The notes under the pieces: generated by a model
What the model was told of the DNA's origin: nothing
Database searches by the model: none
Seen by the model: the letters and a program-made list of their open reading frames with translations, nothing else
Part shown: in pieces, positions 29,139 through 38,305 of the stretch
Layout: the number at the start of each line of letters is the position of its first letter
Numbering within the stretch: position 1 is the stretch's first letter
Position numbers and translations under genes: made by a program
Assembly: GCA_038882955.1 (NCBI GenBank)
Contig: JAVZNC010000001.1
Location: 309,775 to 373,774 of the forward strand
Direction of reading: 5' to 3'
From: Candidatus Bathyarchaeia archaeon
GTDB taxonomy: Archaea; Thermoproteota; Bathyarchaeia; Bathyarchaeales; Bathycorpusculaceae
Length of the DNA stretch: 64,000 nucleotides

Positions 29139-29393
29139 TTGTTTCAAGTAATCTTATCCCAAAAAGCCAAAAAATCCATCAAAAAACTACCGAACACTAC
29201 AAAAGAAGAATAATCGAACTGCTCCTAATTTTCCGCGAAAACCCGTTCCAGCAGAACACTACGACATCAAAAAAATAAAAGGATACAAAGACACATACAG
29301 AGACAGAATCGGAGACATCCGAATAATATACGAAATCGTCTGGAACCAAGAATTCACATACTAGTAATCGCACCAAGAGAAAGAGCCTACTAA
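29139..29393 (+). pseudogene. relE: RelE/ParE toxin, frameshifted
   Basis: MFQVILSQKAKKSIKKLP / EHYKRRIIELLLIFRENP / VPAEHYDIKKIKGYKDTYRDRIGDIRIIYEI / IHILVIAPRERAY; needs three frame corrections. Confidence 0.8.
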
Positions 29394-29400
29394 ACCATCC

Positions 29401-29458
29401 CAACAAAATTTCTAGAGGGGGTATTAATTTTGCAGTTTAGAGCTTAAACAAAATTGAC
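29401..29458 (+). repeat. G-string direct repeat, copy 2 (degenerate copies at ~29466 and ~29513)
   Basis: CAACAAAATTTCTAGAGGGGG...ATTGAC, 7 bp after the relE stop; AAAATAGAGGGGG at 29468 and AAAATCTATAGAGGGG at 29515. Confidence 0.75.
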
Positions 29459-29730
29459 GTTTTACGAAAAATAGAGGGGGAAGGGGTAGGGAAAATAAAC
29501 AGAAAACGCAAACCAAAATCTATAGAGGGGTAGGTCGCTATTGGCTATTTTCAAAGCCAAAAATACATGGAAACCGCTGCGAAAAATGGCACAAATTAAA
29601 CTTTTGAGACCCTCTTTAAATTCTTCCAGAAACAAACTTTTACACACACAACAAAACCCTGGAGGTGAAAAACCAAAAACAACCATTAAAAGGCTTTTCA
29701 GCCCATTCACTTTTGGGCAGTACTTCGCTT

Positions 29731-30027
29731 CTAAAACATGCACTTCAACGCTTCTTCGCCGCTCATCCCAACCCTAACACCTAACGCCTCAGCCCCACTC
29801 GTAACCGCCTTCACGCTTGCACGCAAAACATCCTCAAAAGTTTTAACACCACTAACCATTGCAGCGGCAACGCCCAAACGCTCCGCCGCATCAACATTCA
29901 AAAACCCACACATAACAAAGCCTTTATCCGCAACAACAACCAACAAAGGAGGCGAATTGGGCAAGTCAACACGCACGCCTAAACACGCTTTACCGCCGAC
30001 GCGCACCAACTCAACCGAAACCGCCAT
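29731..30027 (-). CDS. DUF1805/YunC family protein
   Basis: KGFVMCGFLNV, AAMVSGVKTFEDVL, LGVRVGMSGEEAL. Confidence 0.85.
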   Translation of the reverse strand: MAVSVELVRVGGKACLGVRVDLPNSPPLLVVVADKGFVMCGFLNVDAAERLGVAAAMVSGVKTFEDVLRASVKAVTSGAEALGVRVGMSGEEALKCMF

Positions 30028-30094
30028 AACACAAACACCACAACAAAACTTACATAACAAACACAAATAAAATTAACCCAAAACGGCGCAGAAA

Positions 30095-30718
30095 ATGCTA
30101 ACAAAACTAAAACAAAAAACCCAAAAACTACTCGAAAACCAAGCAAAAACCGCCACAAAAATAGGCCTAACACCAAACACCATAACCACAATCGGCATAA
30201 CACTCGCAATCACATCCGCAATCGCCTACACACAATGGCAAACAAACAGCGCATACTTGCTCACAGCAGCACTCCTACTACTATTATCGGGCTACTGCGA
30301 CGCCCTAGACGGCGCAACCGCCCGCCTAACACAAAAAACAACAAAATTCGGCAGCTACCTAGACTCACTACTAGACAGATACGCCGACGCCGCAACAATC
30401 ACAGCAATAACAATAAGCGGACTATGCGAAACCCACTGGGGAACCGCAGCCCTAATCGGCGCATTACTCGTAAGCTACACACGCGCAAAAGCAGAATCAC
30501 TCCAAATAAAAATGGAAACAATAGGAATAGCAGAACGCCCAGAACGCCTAATCATACTAACAACAGCAACAATAATCGCATATTTCTGGCAACCCACCCA
30601 AACCCTAAACTACGCAACAATCGCACTAGCAATACTAACACACACAACAGTAATACAACGCACAACACACACATACAAAAAACTAAAAGAAAAACCCGCT
30701 AAAAACCAAAACGCCTAA
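30095..30718 (+). CDS. CDP-alcohol phosphatidyltransferase (archaetidylinositol phosphate synthase-like)
   Basis: TPNTIT, DALDGATAR...GSYLDSLLDRYAD, SYTRAKAE, ERPER. Confidence 0.9.
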   Translation: MLTKLKQKTQKLLENQAKTATKIGLTPNTITTIGITLAITSAIAYTQWQTNSAYLLTAALLLLLSGYCDALDGATARLTQKTTKFGSYLDSLLDRYADAATITAITISGLCETHWGTAALIGALLVSYTRAKAESLQIKMETIGIAERPERLIILTTATIIAYFWQPTQTLNYATIALAILTHTTVIQRTTHTYKKLKEKPAKNQNA

Positions 30719-31005
30719 AAACGCCTACCAGAACGCAAACGCCGCTCATCACGCGCCCTAACCTTCACAATACCCCTATGCACAGCACAAGAAATACAAT
30801 AATACTTAGTATCAACCAAAGAAGAAATATAAGCGCCCCTCTGCCTAAGCTCCTTAGCCAACTGCGGATCAACAATAGAACGCCTAACAGTAACCTTCTT
30901 AGCCTTATCACGCGGCACAAGCTGCCCACACATAGCACACTGAACAGGACCACTACTACCCTTATCACCCTTCGAACGCCCACGACTCTTACGCTTATAA
31001 GGCAT
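30715..31005 (-). CDS. rps26e: 30S ribosomal protein eS26
   Basis: MPYKRKSRGRSKG...CAMCG..VPRDKAKK...YCISCAVH. Confidence 0.95.
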   Translation of the reverse strand: MPYKRKSRGRSKGDKGSSGPVQCAMCGQLVPRDKAKKVTVRRSIVDPQLAKELRQRGAYISSLVDTKYYCISCAVHRGIVKVRARDERRLRSGRRF

Positions 31006-31053
31006 ACGCCACAACCAACCCCTTTTCAACACACACCAATACAACAAACACAC

Positions 31054-31956
31054 TTATATATCATTCCTAAGCCCCAACAAACGCGCAATATTCGCACCAG
31101 CATCAACCCGCGGAACAATACGACCAACAGAAGAAGTAAAAAGCGTAGTAACGCCAGGACCATGCCCAGAACTCACACAATTCGTATGCACAACAATACC
31201 AACAGAAACCGCACCCTTACGATAAATACGCCCAAAAGAATGATCAGCATCCAAAATAGCCACTAAATCGCCAAGCCTCAAATCGTCAAGCCCAAACTCG
31301 CGTCTGACACTCTCATCAAAAAGCTGAATATCATAATCCCCAGAATAAGTCTGATTCGCACCCAAACCAGAACCCATAATCCCAGCAGGAACAACATGCG
31401 TAACAGGAACAACAAGCCTACCATCCTCAACCTTAGGATCAATAGCCCCCAAAAAACGCGGATCCAAATTCATAACCTTAACATCTGGAAAATCCAAAAG
31501 CTTCAAGCCAACGCCAAAGGCTTTAACAAGAACCTTATCACCCAACATAAGCTTCTCAAGCGTCTCAGACGGAAAATCAACCAAAACATGCTCAATACCG
31601 CCGTGCTTGCCAGTCACAACACCCCTAGCGCCCTTCGCGTCGCCACTAACAACAACAGCCTCATTACCAACACAAGAAAGAACATTCAAAGCAGCATTCG
31701 CGCCCTGACCAAAACGCGGATCATTCTCCCTATTCTCAATACTCACACCAGGCTCAACATGATCAGCCTCCCAACCACAAGCAGGATCACCAACACGCAC
31801 ATTATAGGTTATTCCGCCAACCCCAGGCAAAACAACAGGCATACCTTCAGCAGAAATGTTATACACGCCTCTACCAAAAACTGGACTAACAACTTCTCCA
31901 AAAACGGAAATCTTAACAAGCCTATCAACATTCGTCCTCAACATCACACATCCCAC
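31054..31956 (-). CDS. DUF4438 family protein
   Basis: GGITYNVRVGD, DHVEPGVS, VTGKHGG, MGSGLG, GDYDIQ, GHGPG. Confidence 0.8.
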   Translation of the reverse strand: MGCVMLRTNVDRLVKISVFGEVVSPVFGRGVYNISAEGMPVVLPGVGGITYNVRVGDPACGWEADHVEPGVSIENRENDPRFGQGANAALNVLSCVGNEAVVVSGDAKGARGVVTGKHGGIEHVLVDFPSETLEKLMLGDKVLVKAFGVGLKLLDFPDVKVMNLDPRFLGAIDPKVEDGRLVVPVTHVVPAGIMGSGLGANQTYSGDYDIQLFDESVRREFGLDDLRLGDLVAILDADHSFGRIYRKGAVSVGIVVHTNCVSSGHGPGVTTLFTSSVGRIVPRVDAGANIARLLGLRNDI

Positions 31957-32111
31957 ATATCAGCTATAAGCAATAGCCAATGACACTAATAAGATTTCTT
32001 CAAAAACAGCAAATGTAACTTCGTGAACATGACAAGTTTTAAATGTTGGATTTCAGTTTTGAGTTCAGTGAAGCCGACAAAATATGAGAAAATGCGCGCA
32101 GTGGCGAGAAA

Positions 32112-32696
32112 ATGTCAGAAATCGGATTAAGACCCACACGACTGCTGGTTAAAGACGTAATGAGCAGCCCAGTTATAACCATAGAAGAAAATGCACCAGT
32201 AAACAAAGTTGCGGAACTAATGGACAAACATGGACTAGGATGCATAATAGTTACAAGCAAAGATGGAAAACCGCTTGGAATAATAACTGAAAGAGACCTC
32301 GTTGAAAGAGTCCTAGCGAAAAATGCAAAGCCGGATTCCATGAAAGCCAGCGAAGTTATGACTTCGCCCCTAATTACCATAGAGCCGGATGCGACAATAA
32401 GCGAAGCTGCCAGAAGGATGAGTAGACTGAACATCAGGAGGCTAGGAGTGATATACAAGGGACAGTTGATTGGGCTACTTTCAAGCAAGGATATTTTGTC
32501 AGTTATGCCCGAATTACTTGAAACCATTCAGGAACACGCCATAATAGAAGGCGAGAATAGAGCCCAAGAGGCAACTGAAGAAGGCGCGCCACTTGCGGGA
32601 TACTGTGACCGCTGCGGAGTTTGGTCAGATGCCTTAAAGGAGGTTAATGGAGAATTTTTATGTGAAGATTGTAGGGTTGAATTTGAAGAGGAATGA
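32112..32696 (+). CDS. CBS-pair protein with C-terminal zinc ribbon
   Basis: VKDVMSSPVITI, GIITERD; tail CDRCG...LCEDC. Confidence 0.9.
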   Translation: MSEIGLRPTRLLVKDVMSSPVITIEENAPVNKVAELMDKHGLGCIIVTSKDGKPLGIITERDLVERVLAKNAKPDSMKASEVMTSPLITIEPDATISEAARRMSRLNIRRLGVIYKGQLIGLLSSKDILSVMPELLETIQEHAIIEGENRAQEATEEGAPLAGYCDRCGVWSDALKEVNGEFLCEDCRVEFEEE

Positions 32697-32711
32697 TGTA
32701 GAGGCGATTTT

Positions 32712-33497
32712 TTGCGTGTTAAAGAAATAATGGATGCGAAACACCCGTTTATACATGCTGACGAGTTGGCGACAAAAGCCCGCGCGATTATAAGGCAGCA
32801 TGGCTTGAGGATACTTCCAGTAACGGATGAGAACAAGAAGCTTTTGGGCAAGGTTTCACGCCGTGACATTATGGCCATATCCTCTTCTGTTTCGCCAATT
32901 AGGGTTAGGGGCATTATGACCCAGCCTAAGTATGTGGCAACAGTGGAAGAAGAGGTTGTGCAGGCAATTAGGAACATGCTGCGCGTTGATGCTTGGCATG
33001 CGCCAGTTGTAGCCTCATCAACGGATAAGGCGTACATGGGAGTTTTTGGTTTGGAAAGTTTTATCGAATTCTCGATTAGAACAAGTCCAGAGAAGTTTGC
33101 AAGGGAAGTTTCTGAAATAATGACTAGGGATGTTATGGCTTGTTCTCCAGATGATGAAATTGACAATATTTGGCGTTTGATGCTTGAGAAACGTCTTGCG
33201 GGTTTGCCTGTTATGAAGAATGGAAAGATCGTCGGAATAGTTACTCAAAAAGATCTTCTTGAAAGAGGAGCTACATTGCCAACTTTTGAGTCGATAAAGG
33301 GACGTCATAAGGCTTCTTCGAAAATTTCTGCGGTTATGAACACGAACGTTATAGCGGTTAAGCCTTCGGTGAAGGCTATTCGGATTGCCAAGGTGATGGT
33401 TTCGAAGGATATAGGAAGGGTTCCGGTGACAGATGAAAATGGTAAATTGGTAGGTATAGTTGACAGAGAGGACATTGTTAGGTTGCTTATAAAATGA
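32712..33497 (+). CDS. CBS domain protein (4 CBS)
   Basis: Repeated IM..., LPV, GIV CBS motifs. Confidence 0.9.
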   Translation: MRVKEIMDAKHPFIHADELATKARAIIRQHGLRILPVTDENKKLLGKVSRRDIMAISSSVSPIRVRGIMTQPKYVATVEEEVVQAIRNMLRVDAWHAPVVASSTDKAYMGVFGLESFIEFSIRTSPEKFAREVSEIMTRDVMACSPDDEIDNIWRLMLEKRLAGLPVMKNGKIVGIVTQKDLLERGATLPTFESIKGRHKASSKISAVMNTNVIAVKPSVKAIRIAKVMVSKDIGRVPVTDENGKLVGIVDREDIVRLLIK

Positions 33498-33504
33498 AGA
33501 AGGG

Positions 33505-34419
33505 ATGTTGTTGAGTCGTGAAACATTTAGGAGAACGTTAAAGGAGAAAGGTAAACCATCATCGAAGAAGCCTCCATTTAGGAGACATGAAGGCGAAATA
33601 CTGCATGTTGCAAAAAGCCCTGTTATAACATGTGCGCCGACAACGCCAATTTATGATGCAATCCAGATAATGACGAAGGAAGGCTTTCGTAGAATACCAA
33701 TAGCGAATCCTGGAACAAAGACTTTAGAGGGAATTATAACAGCTACGGACGTTATTGATTATCTTGGTGGTGGAAAGAAGTTCGAGATGATTGAAAGGAA
33801 ATATGGTGGAAACATTTTCAAGGCTATAAACGAGCCGGTGCGGTTGATAATGACAAAGGACGTTGTAGCTGTTAGTGCATCTTCGAAAATAAGTGATGCA
33901 ATAAAACTGATGACGGAGGAGAACCTTGGAGGCTTGCCTGTTGTCGACCCACAGAACCGTGTACGTGCGATAATTACGGAAAGAGATGTTGTTAACATTT
34001 TTGCTGATAAAATAAGTGGTGCAAGAGTGGTTGAATTAATGTCAGGAAAGGTTGTTACAGCGCTACCTAAAACAACGATTTTTGAGGCAGAAAAGACTAT
34101 GATAAATCAGGGTTTCAGGAGGTTGCCGATAGTATCTGACGGAAAGGTTGTTGGTATAATAACGGCAATGGATATTATACGCTTTTTTGGCTCGGGTAAG
34201 GTTTTTGAAAAGTTGCGGGCTGGCACGATTATCCAAGTTTTGAATACGCCAGCGCTTGAAATAGCCACGAAGGAAGTCGCAACAATTGAACCTCAAGCAG
34301 ATGCTGGGCAAGCGGCAAAGTTAATGCGAGACAGAAATGTGGGTGCAGTTCCAGTTGTTGAGGATGGGGAACTTGTTGGCATAATAACGGAGAGGGACTT
34401 TTTTAAGTTGATAGAGTAA
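33505..34419 (+). CDS. CBS domain protein (4 CBS)
   Basis: FRRIPI, GIITATD, GGLPVV, GIITERD. Confidence 0.9.
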   Translation: MLLSRETFRRTLKEKGKPSSKKPPFRRHEGEILHVAKSPVITCAPTTPIYDAIQIMTKEGFRRIPIANPGTKTLEGIITATDVIDYLGGGKKFEMIERKYGGNIFKAINEPVRLIMTKDVVAVSASSKISDAIKLMTEENLGGLPVVDPQNRVRAIITERDVVNIFADKISGARVVELMSGKVVTALPKTTIFEAEKTMINQGFRRLPIVSDGKVVGIITAMDIIRFFGSGKVFEKLRAGTIIQVLNTPALEIATKEVATIEPQADAGQAAKLMRDRNVGAVPVVEDGELVGIITERDFFKLIE

Positions 34420-34476
34420 ACTTTTAACAGTTTATGCAATCATATTTACCGAGCATGGAATAGATGAGTGTAAAAT

Positions 34477-35823
34477 TTGAAGTGCGATTTGATTTTAAAC
34501 AATGCAAAAGCTTGCATCAACAATGCAGTAGTGGATTGTAGCATCGCCTTGGGAGACGGCAAAATTGTTAAGATAGGCAAAGAAGCGCAGATGCCAAAGG
34601 CAGAAATGAGAAAGGATTTGAAAGGACTGCTTGTTTTGCCCGGATTAATTGACGTTCATGTGCACCTGCGGGATGAGGGGAAAGCCTACAAAGAAGACTT
34701 TTACAGCGGCACGGCTGCGGCGGCGGCTGGTGGAATAACGACGGTTTTGGACATGCCGAATAATGAGCCTGTTACTATGAGCGCTGAAGCCTTGAAAAAC
34801 CGCATTGAAAAAGCCAAAGACCGCGTTTTGGTCAATGTTGGTTTTTACTCTGAATTTCCGAGGTTTTTGGAAGAGATAAAGGAGATTGTTGAGGTTGGTG
34901 CTGTGGCGTTTAAGCTTTTCATGATTGAACAAGTTGGAGGGTTAAATATTAATGACGATGCTTCTTTGGCTGAAGCGTTTAGTATTCTCGGCAGAATGGG
35001 TGTGTTGGTTGCTGTCCACGCTGAAGATGGGGCAGCCGTAAAGGCGGCTGAGCAAAAATTGAAGCGTAACAACTGTAATGATGTTGAAGCCTTTATTAAA
35101 GCGCATTCGGAACTTGCAGAACGGAACGCTATAAAGCGGTTGTTAGACATCGTTAAACAAGTGCATAATAGAGTGCACGTTTGTCACGTAAGCACAAAAG
35201 CGGGACTTGAAATTATACGGGAAGGAAAAAAGTCCAAGCTGCCCATAACATGCGAAGCGACTCCGCATCATCTCCTATTGTCTGATGAAAACCTGAAAAG
35301 TGTTGGAGCAATAGCCTTAACGGTGCCTCCAGTTAGGGAGAAAAGCCATGCAAAAGCGCTTTGGATGGGCATAAAAGAGCATGTGATTGATGTTATAGCT
35401 TCGGATCATGCACCGCATACTTGGAAAGAGAAAATTGCGGATGTTGTTTGGAATGTTAAAACTGGTGTAGTTGGCTTGGAGACGACTTTGCCGCTTTTGC
35501 TTACTGAAGTTAATTGCGGAAACTTATGTTTATCGGATGTTGTTAGGCTTATGGCGGAGAATCCTGCTAAAATTTTTGGTTTGAGGGGACGTGGCGTTTT
35601 GAGCGAGGGAAACAGCGCTGACTTAACGGTTGTCGATTTAAAGATTGAAGGAAAAATTGATGCTTCAAGGTTCCATTCTAAAGCCAAGTTTTCGCCCTTT
35701 GATGGATGGAAATTTAAGGGAAAGCCCGTCAAGACTTTTGTAAACGGCAAATTAATTATGGATAACGGAGAAATTGTCGGTAACGCCGGAAATGGGAGAA
35801 TCTTACGGAGAGAACCGATGTGA
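34477..35823 (+). CDS. pyrC: dihydroorotase
   Basis: PGLIDVHVHLRD, DMPNN, EATPHHL, SDHAPH, ENPAKIFG. Confidence 0.88.
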   Translation: MKCDLILNNAKACINNAVVDCSIALGDGKIVKIGKEAQMPKAEMRKDLKGLLVLPGLIDVHVHLRDEGKAYKEDFYSGTAAAAAGGITTVLDMPNNEPVTMSAEALKNRIEKAKDRVLVNVGFYSEFPRFLEEIKEIVEVGAVAFKLFMIEQVGGLNINDDASLAEAFSILGRMGVLVAVHAEDGAAVKAAEQKLKRNNCNDVEAFIKAHSELAERNAIKRLLDIVKQVHNRVHVCHVSTKAGLEIIREGKKSKLPITCEATPHHLLLSDENLKSVGAIALTVPPVREKSHAKALWMGIKEHVIDVIASDHAPHTWKEKIADVVWNVKTGVVGLETTLPLLLTEVNCGNLCLSDVVRLMAENPAKIFGLRGRGVLSEGNSADLTVVDLKIEGKIDASRFHSKAKFSPFDGWKFKGKPVKTFVNGKLIMDNGEIVGNAGNGRILRREPM

Positions 35824-36305
35824 AATTCATCGCAGATGGCATGCTTGGAAAGCTTACGCGTTGGCTTCGAATGCTGGGGCATAACGTGAAGTACTCAAAT
35901 AAGCTGGATGATGCACAGCTAATGGCGATAGCCAAAAAAGAGCGTAGAATTTTGCTTACAAGAGATTTAGAGCTTTATCAACAAGCTACAGCGAAAGGCA
36001 TCAACGCATTCTATTTAGAAGGAACCAATGAAGCTGAAAGGCTTGCGCGGTTAGCGAAAAGATACAAAATTCCATTAGATATAGACCTAAAAGTTTCACG
36101 TTGCCCAAAATGTAATACGCGTGTAAAACCAGTTCCGAAAGAAAGTGTAGAAGGTAAAGTTGAGGAGACAACCTTCAAATTTTATGATGAATTTTGGCAA
36201 TGCCAAAAGTGCGGGCAAGTTTATTGGCAAGGCGCCCACTGGACAAGAATAAGGAAGACGCTTGAAGAGGCAAAAGAAATCTTGGAGAAACAAATTATTA
36301 GATAG
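35820..36305 (+). CDS. Mut7-C PIN-type RNase domain protein
   Basis: KFIADGMLGKLTRWLRMLG, LLTRD, RCPKCN, CQKCGQVYWQGAH. Confidence 0.9.
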   Translation: MKFIADGMLGKLTRWLRMLGHNVKYSNKLDDAQLMAIAKKERRILLTRDLELYQQATAKGINAFYLEGTNEAERLARLAKRYKIPLDIDLKVSRCPKCNTRVKPVPKESVEGKVEETTFKFYDEFWQCQKCGQVYWQGAHWTRIRKTLEEAKEILEKQIIR

Positions 36306-36311
36306 GCTGTT

Positions 36312-36551
36312 TTATTCTTCGCCTTCTAAAAGCCACTTCAGCGGAATATCTTGATAGGTGCCGTCTGGCAATACGCGTCTAATGGTTATTGGCAGTATTC
36401 CAGCTTCAAGCTCTTTTATTGCAATGTCTATTGGACTTGAGAAGCCCTCTGAAACATCAACTAGTATCGGAGCGCCCATGGATATTTGTAGAGCCCTAGC
36501 GCCCACTATCCTAGCCCTTTCAAAGCGAGTAAGTTTAGGTGGACCTATCAA
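36312..36551 (-). CDS. rpoK: RNA polymerase subunit Rpo6 (K)
   Basis: [22 protein letters not shown]; true start may lie upstream (see findings). Confidence 0.95.
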   Translation of the reverse strand: MIGPPKLTRFERARIVGARALQISMGAPILVDVSEGFSSPIDIAIKELEAGILPITIRRVLPDGTYQDIPLKWLLEGEE

Positions 36552-36578
36552 GATTCTTTTCTCTTTTTTAGACGTTTT

Positions 36579-38213
36579 CTAATACTCTCCAGCACCTTCT
36601 GGCATGCCCTTCGGAGGTGTTGGAGTCTTCATCTTTCCAGCAGCAATTATATCGTCAATTTTTAGTATCATTGAAGCCGCTTCAGTGGCAGACTTAATAA
36701 TCTGCTTTTTAACAGCCAACGGTTCAAAAACCCCAGCAGCAGCCATGTCCTGAACCTTTCCAGAGAGAACCTCTATGCCAGCCCAAGCCTCGCCTTTTTC
36801 GTGGCGAGCCCGAAGCTCCGAAAGCACATCAATTGGGTCTAGCCCCGCGTTTTCCGTTAGAGTTGTTGGAACAGCCTCCAATGCTTCTGCGAAGCTTTTG
36901 ACTGCGAGTTGCTCTCGCCCAGGGAGTGTTTCAGCGTATTTTTTGAGAATCTTTGAAATTTCGAGTTCTGGTGCTCCGCCCCCAGCCAATATTTTTGGTT
37001 CTTCAATCACGTCTTTGACGACACAAAGCGCATCATGAAGTGACCTTTCTGCCTCGTCCACTATGCGTTCTGTGCCGCCTCTTATCAGTATTGTAACGGC
37101 TCTTGGGTGCTTGCAACCCTCTATGAAAGTCATTTTGTCGTCACCTATTTTGCGTTCTTCAACTAGGCTTGCGTAGCCGAGGTCTGCTGGACTCATGTCG
37201 TCAATGTTCGTTACTATTTTTCCGCCAGTGGCTTTTGCAAGCTTCTCCATATCAGACTTTTTGATGCGGCGGACAGCCAATATCCCATTTCTAGCCAAGA
37301 AATGTTGCGCCATGTCATCTATGCCCTTTTGACAGAGAACAACTTTTGCGCCAACAGCAACAAGCTTGTCGACCATGTTTTTCAGCATTTCCTCTTCCTG
37401 TTTGAGAAAAGCCTCCATCTGTTCTGGACTTTCAATATTAATTTTCGCGTCAAATTCCGTCTTCTCAATCTCCAGTGAAGTGTCAAGCAGAGCAATTTTC
37501 GCGCTTTCTACGCGCTTGGGCATCCCTGAGTGCACGACTTCTTTGTCTAGGACTATGCCTTGTATAAGCCTCGTGTCCTTTAGGGATTCGCCTGGCTTCT
37601 TCTCGACCTTTACGTCATCAACGTCCACCTTGTACTTGCCATTTTCTTTTTCTGCAACCTCAAGAATGGCTTTTACGGCTAGATCAGCCAAGTATTCGCG
37701 GTGCTCAGCAACAAGCTTGCTTGCCATCGAAGTCATTGCAGCCATTTTTGCATATTCTTGCGTTTTTGCGCCAACCTTTATGGCTATTTCATCAAGAAAC
37801 TCAAGCGCCTTCTCAGAAGCTTTCTTATAGCCGTCAATTATTATTGTTGGGTGAATGTTTTTACCGATGAGTTCTTCAGCCTTGTTAAGTAGTTCGCCGG
37901 CGATTATCACGGCTGTTGTTGTTCCATCGCCAGCCTCGTTGTCCTGTGTTTTTGCAACTTCAACCATCATTTTGGCGGCTGGATGCTGAACATCCATTTC
38001 GTCAAGGATTGTGCGCCCATCACTTGTTATTGTGACGTCGCCGAAGCTGTCAACAAGCATTTTATCCATACCCTTTGGTCCAAGAGAACTTTTAACGGTT
38101 TCAGCTACAATTCGTGCAGCCATAATGTTTGCATGCTGCGCTTCTCTACCTCTGCTTCGGCTTGAACCTTCCTTCAATATTAAAACTGGAACTCCACCAG
38201 CTTGTGTTGACAA
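36579..38213 (-). CDS. ths: thermosome (group II chaperonin) subunit
   Basis: [22 protein letters not shown]; GGAGG RBS and TTTATA box upstream. Confidence 0.97.
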   Translation of the reverse strand: MSTQAGGVPVLILKEGSSRSRGREAQHANIMAARIVAETVKSSLGPKGMDKMLVDSFGDVTITSDGRTILDEMDVQHPAAKMMVEVAKTQDNEAGDGTTTAVIIAGELLNKAEELIGKNIHPTIIIDGYKKASEKALEFLDEIAIKVGAKTQEYAKMAAMTSMASKLVAEHREYLADLAVKAILEVAEKENGKYKVDVDDVKVEKKPGESLKDTRLIQGIVLDKEVVHSGMPKRVESAKIALLDTSLEIEKTEFDAKINIESPEQMEAFLKQEEEMLKNMVDKLVAVGAKVVLCQKGIDDMAQHFLARNGILAVRRIKKSDMEKLAKATGGKIVTNIDDMSPADLGYASLVEERKIGDDKMTFIEGCKHPRAVTILIRGGTERIVDEAERSLHDALCVVKDVIEEPKILAGGGAPELEISKILKKYAETLPGREQLAVKSFAEALEAVPTTLTENAGLDPIDVLSELRARHEKGEAWAGIEVLSGKVQDMAAAGVFEPLAVKKQIIKSATEAASMILKIDDIIAAGKMKTPTPPKGMPEGAGEY

Positions 38214-38305
38214 ATCAGATAACCTCCTCCGTGCGTCTCAATGAGAAACATCATTACAATATAAATTTTTCTAAAAAGATAGCCTAAAGTTAGATTCTGT
38301 AGCCC

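Noticed and set aside
28779-29540. CRISPR array or canonical integron attC sites
   Set aside because: Spacing is irregular (622, ~65, ~47 bp), there are no RYYYAAC/GTTRRRY ends, and no cas or intI gene is present
30235-31983. Long alternative ORFs (30235..30702, 30778..31266, 31396..31983; also 62799..63461)
   Set aside because: Shadow ORFs caused by T-poor skewed strands lacking stop codons; they overlap well-supported genes
36552-36581. Pyrrolysine read-through fusing thermosome to Rpo6
   Set aside because: Thermosome has a normal C-terminal tail, no pyl genes are in the window, and in-frame adjacency has a 1-in-3 chance
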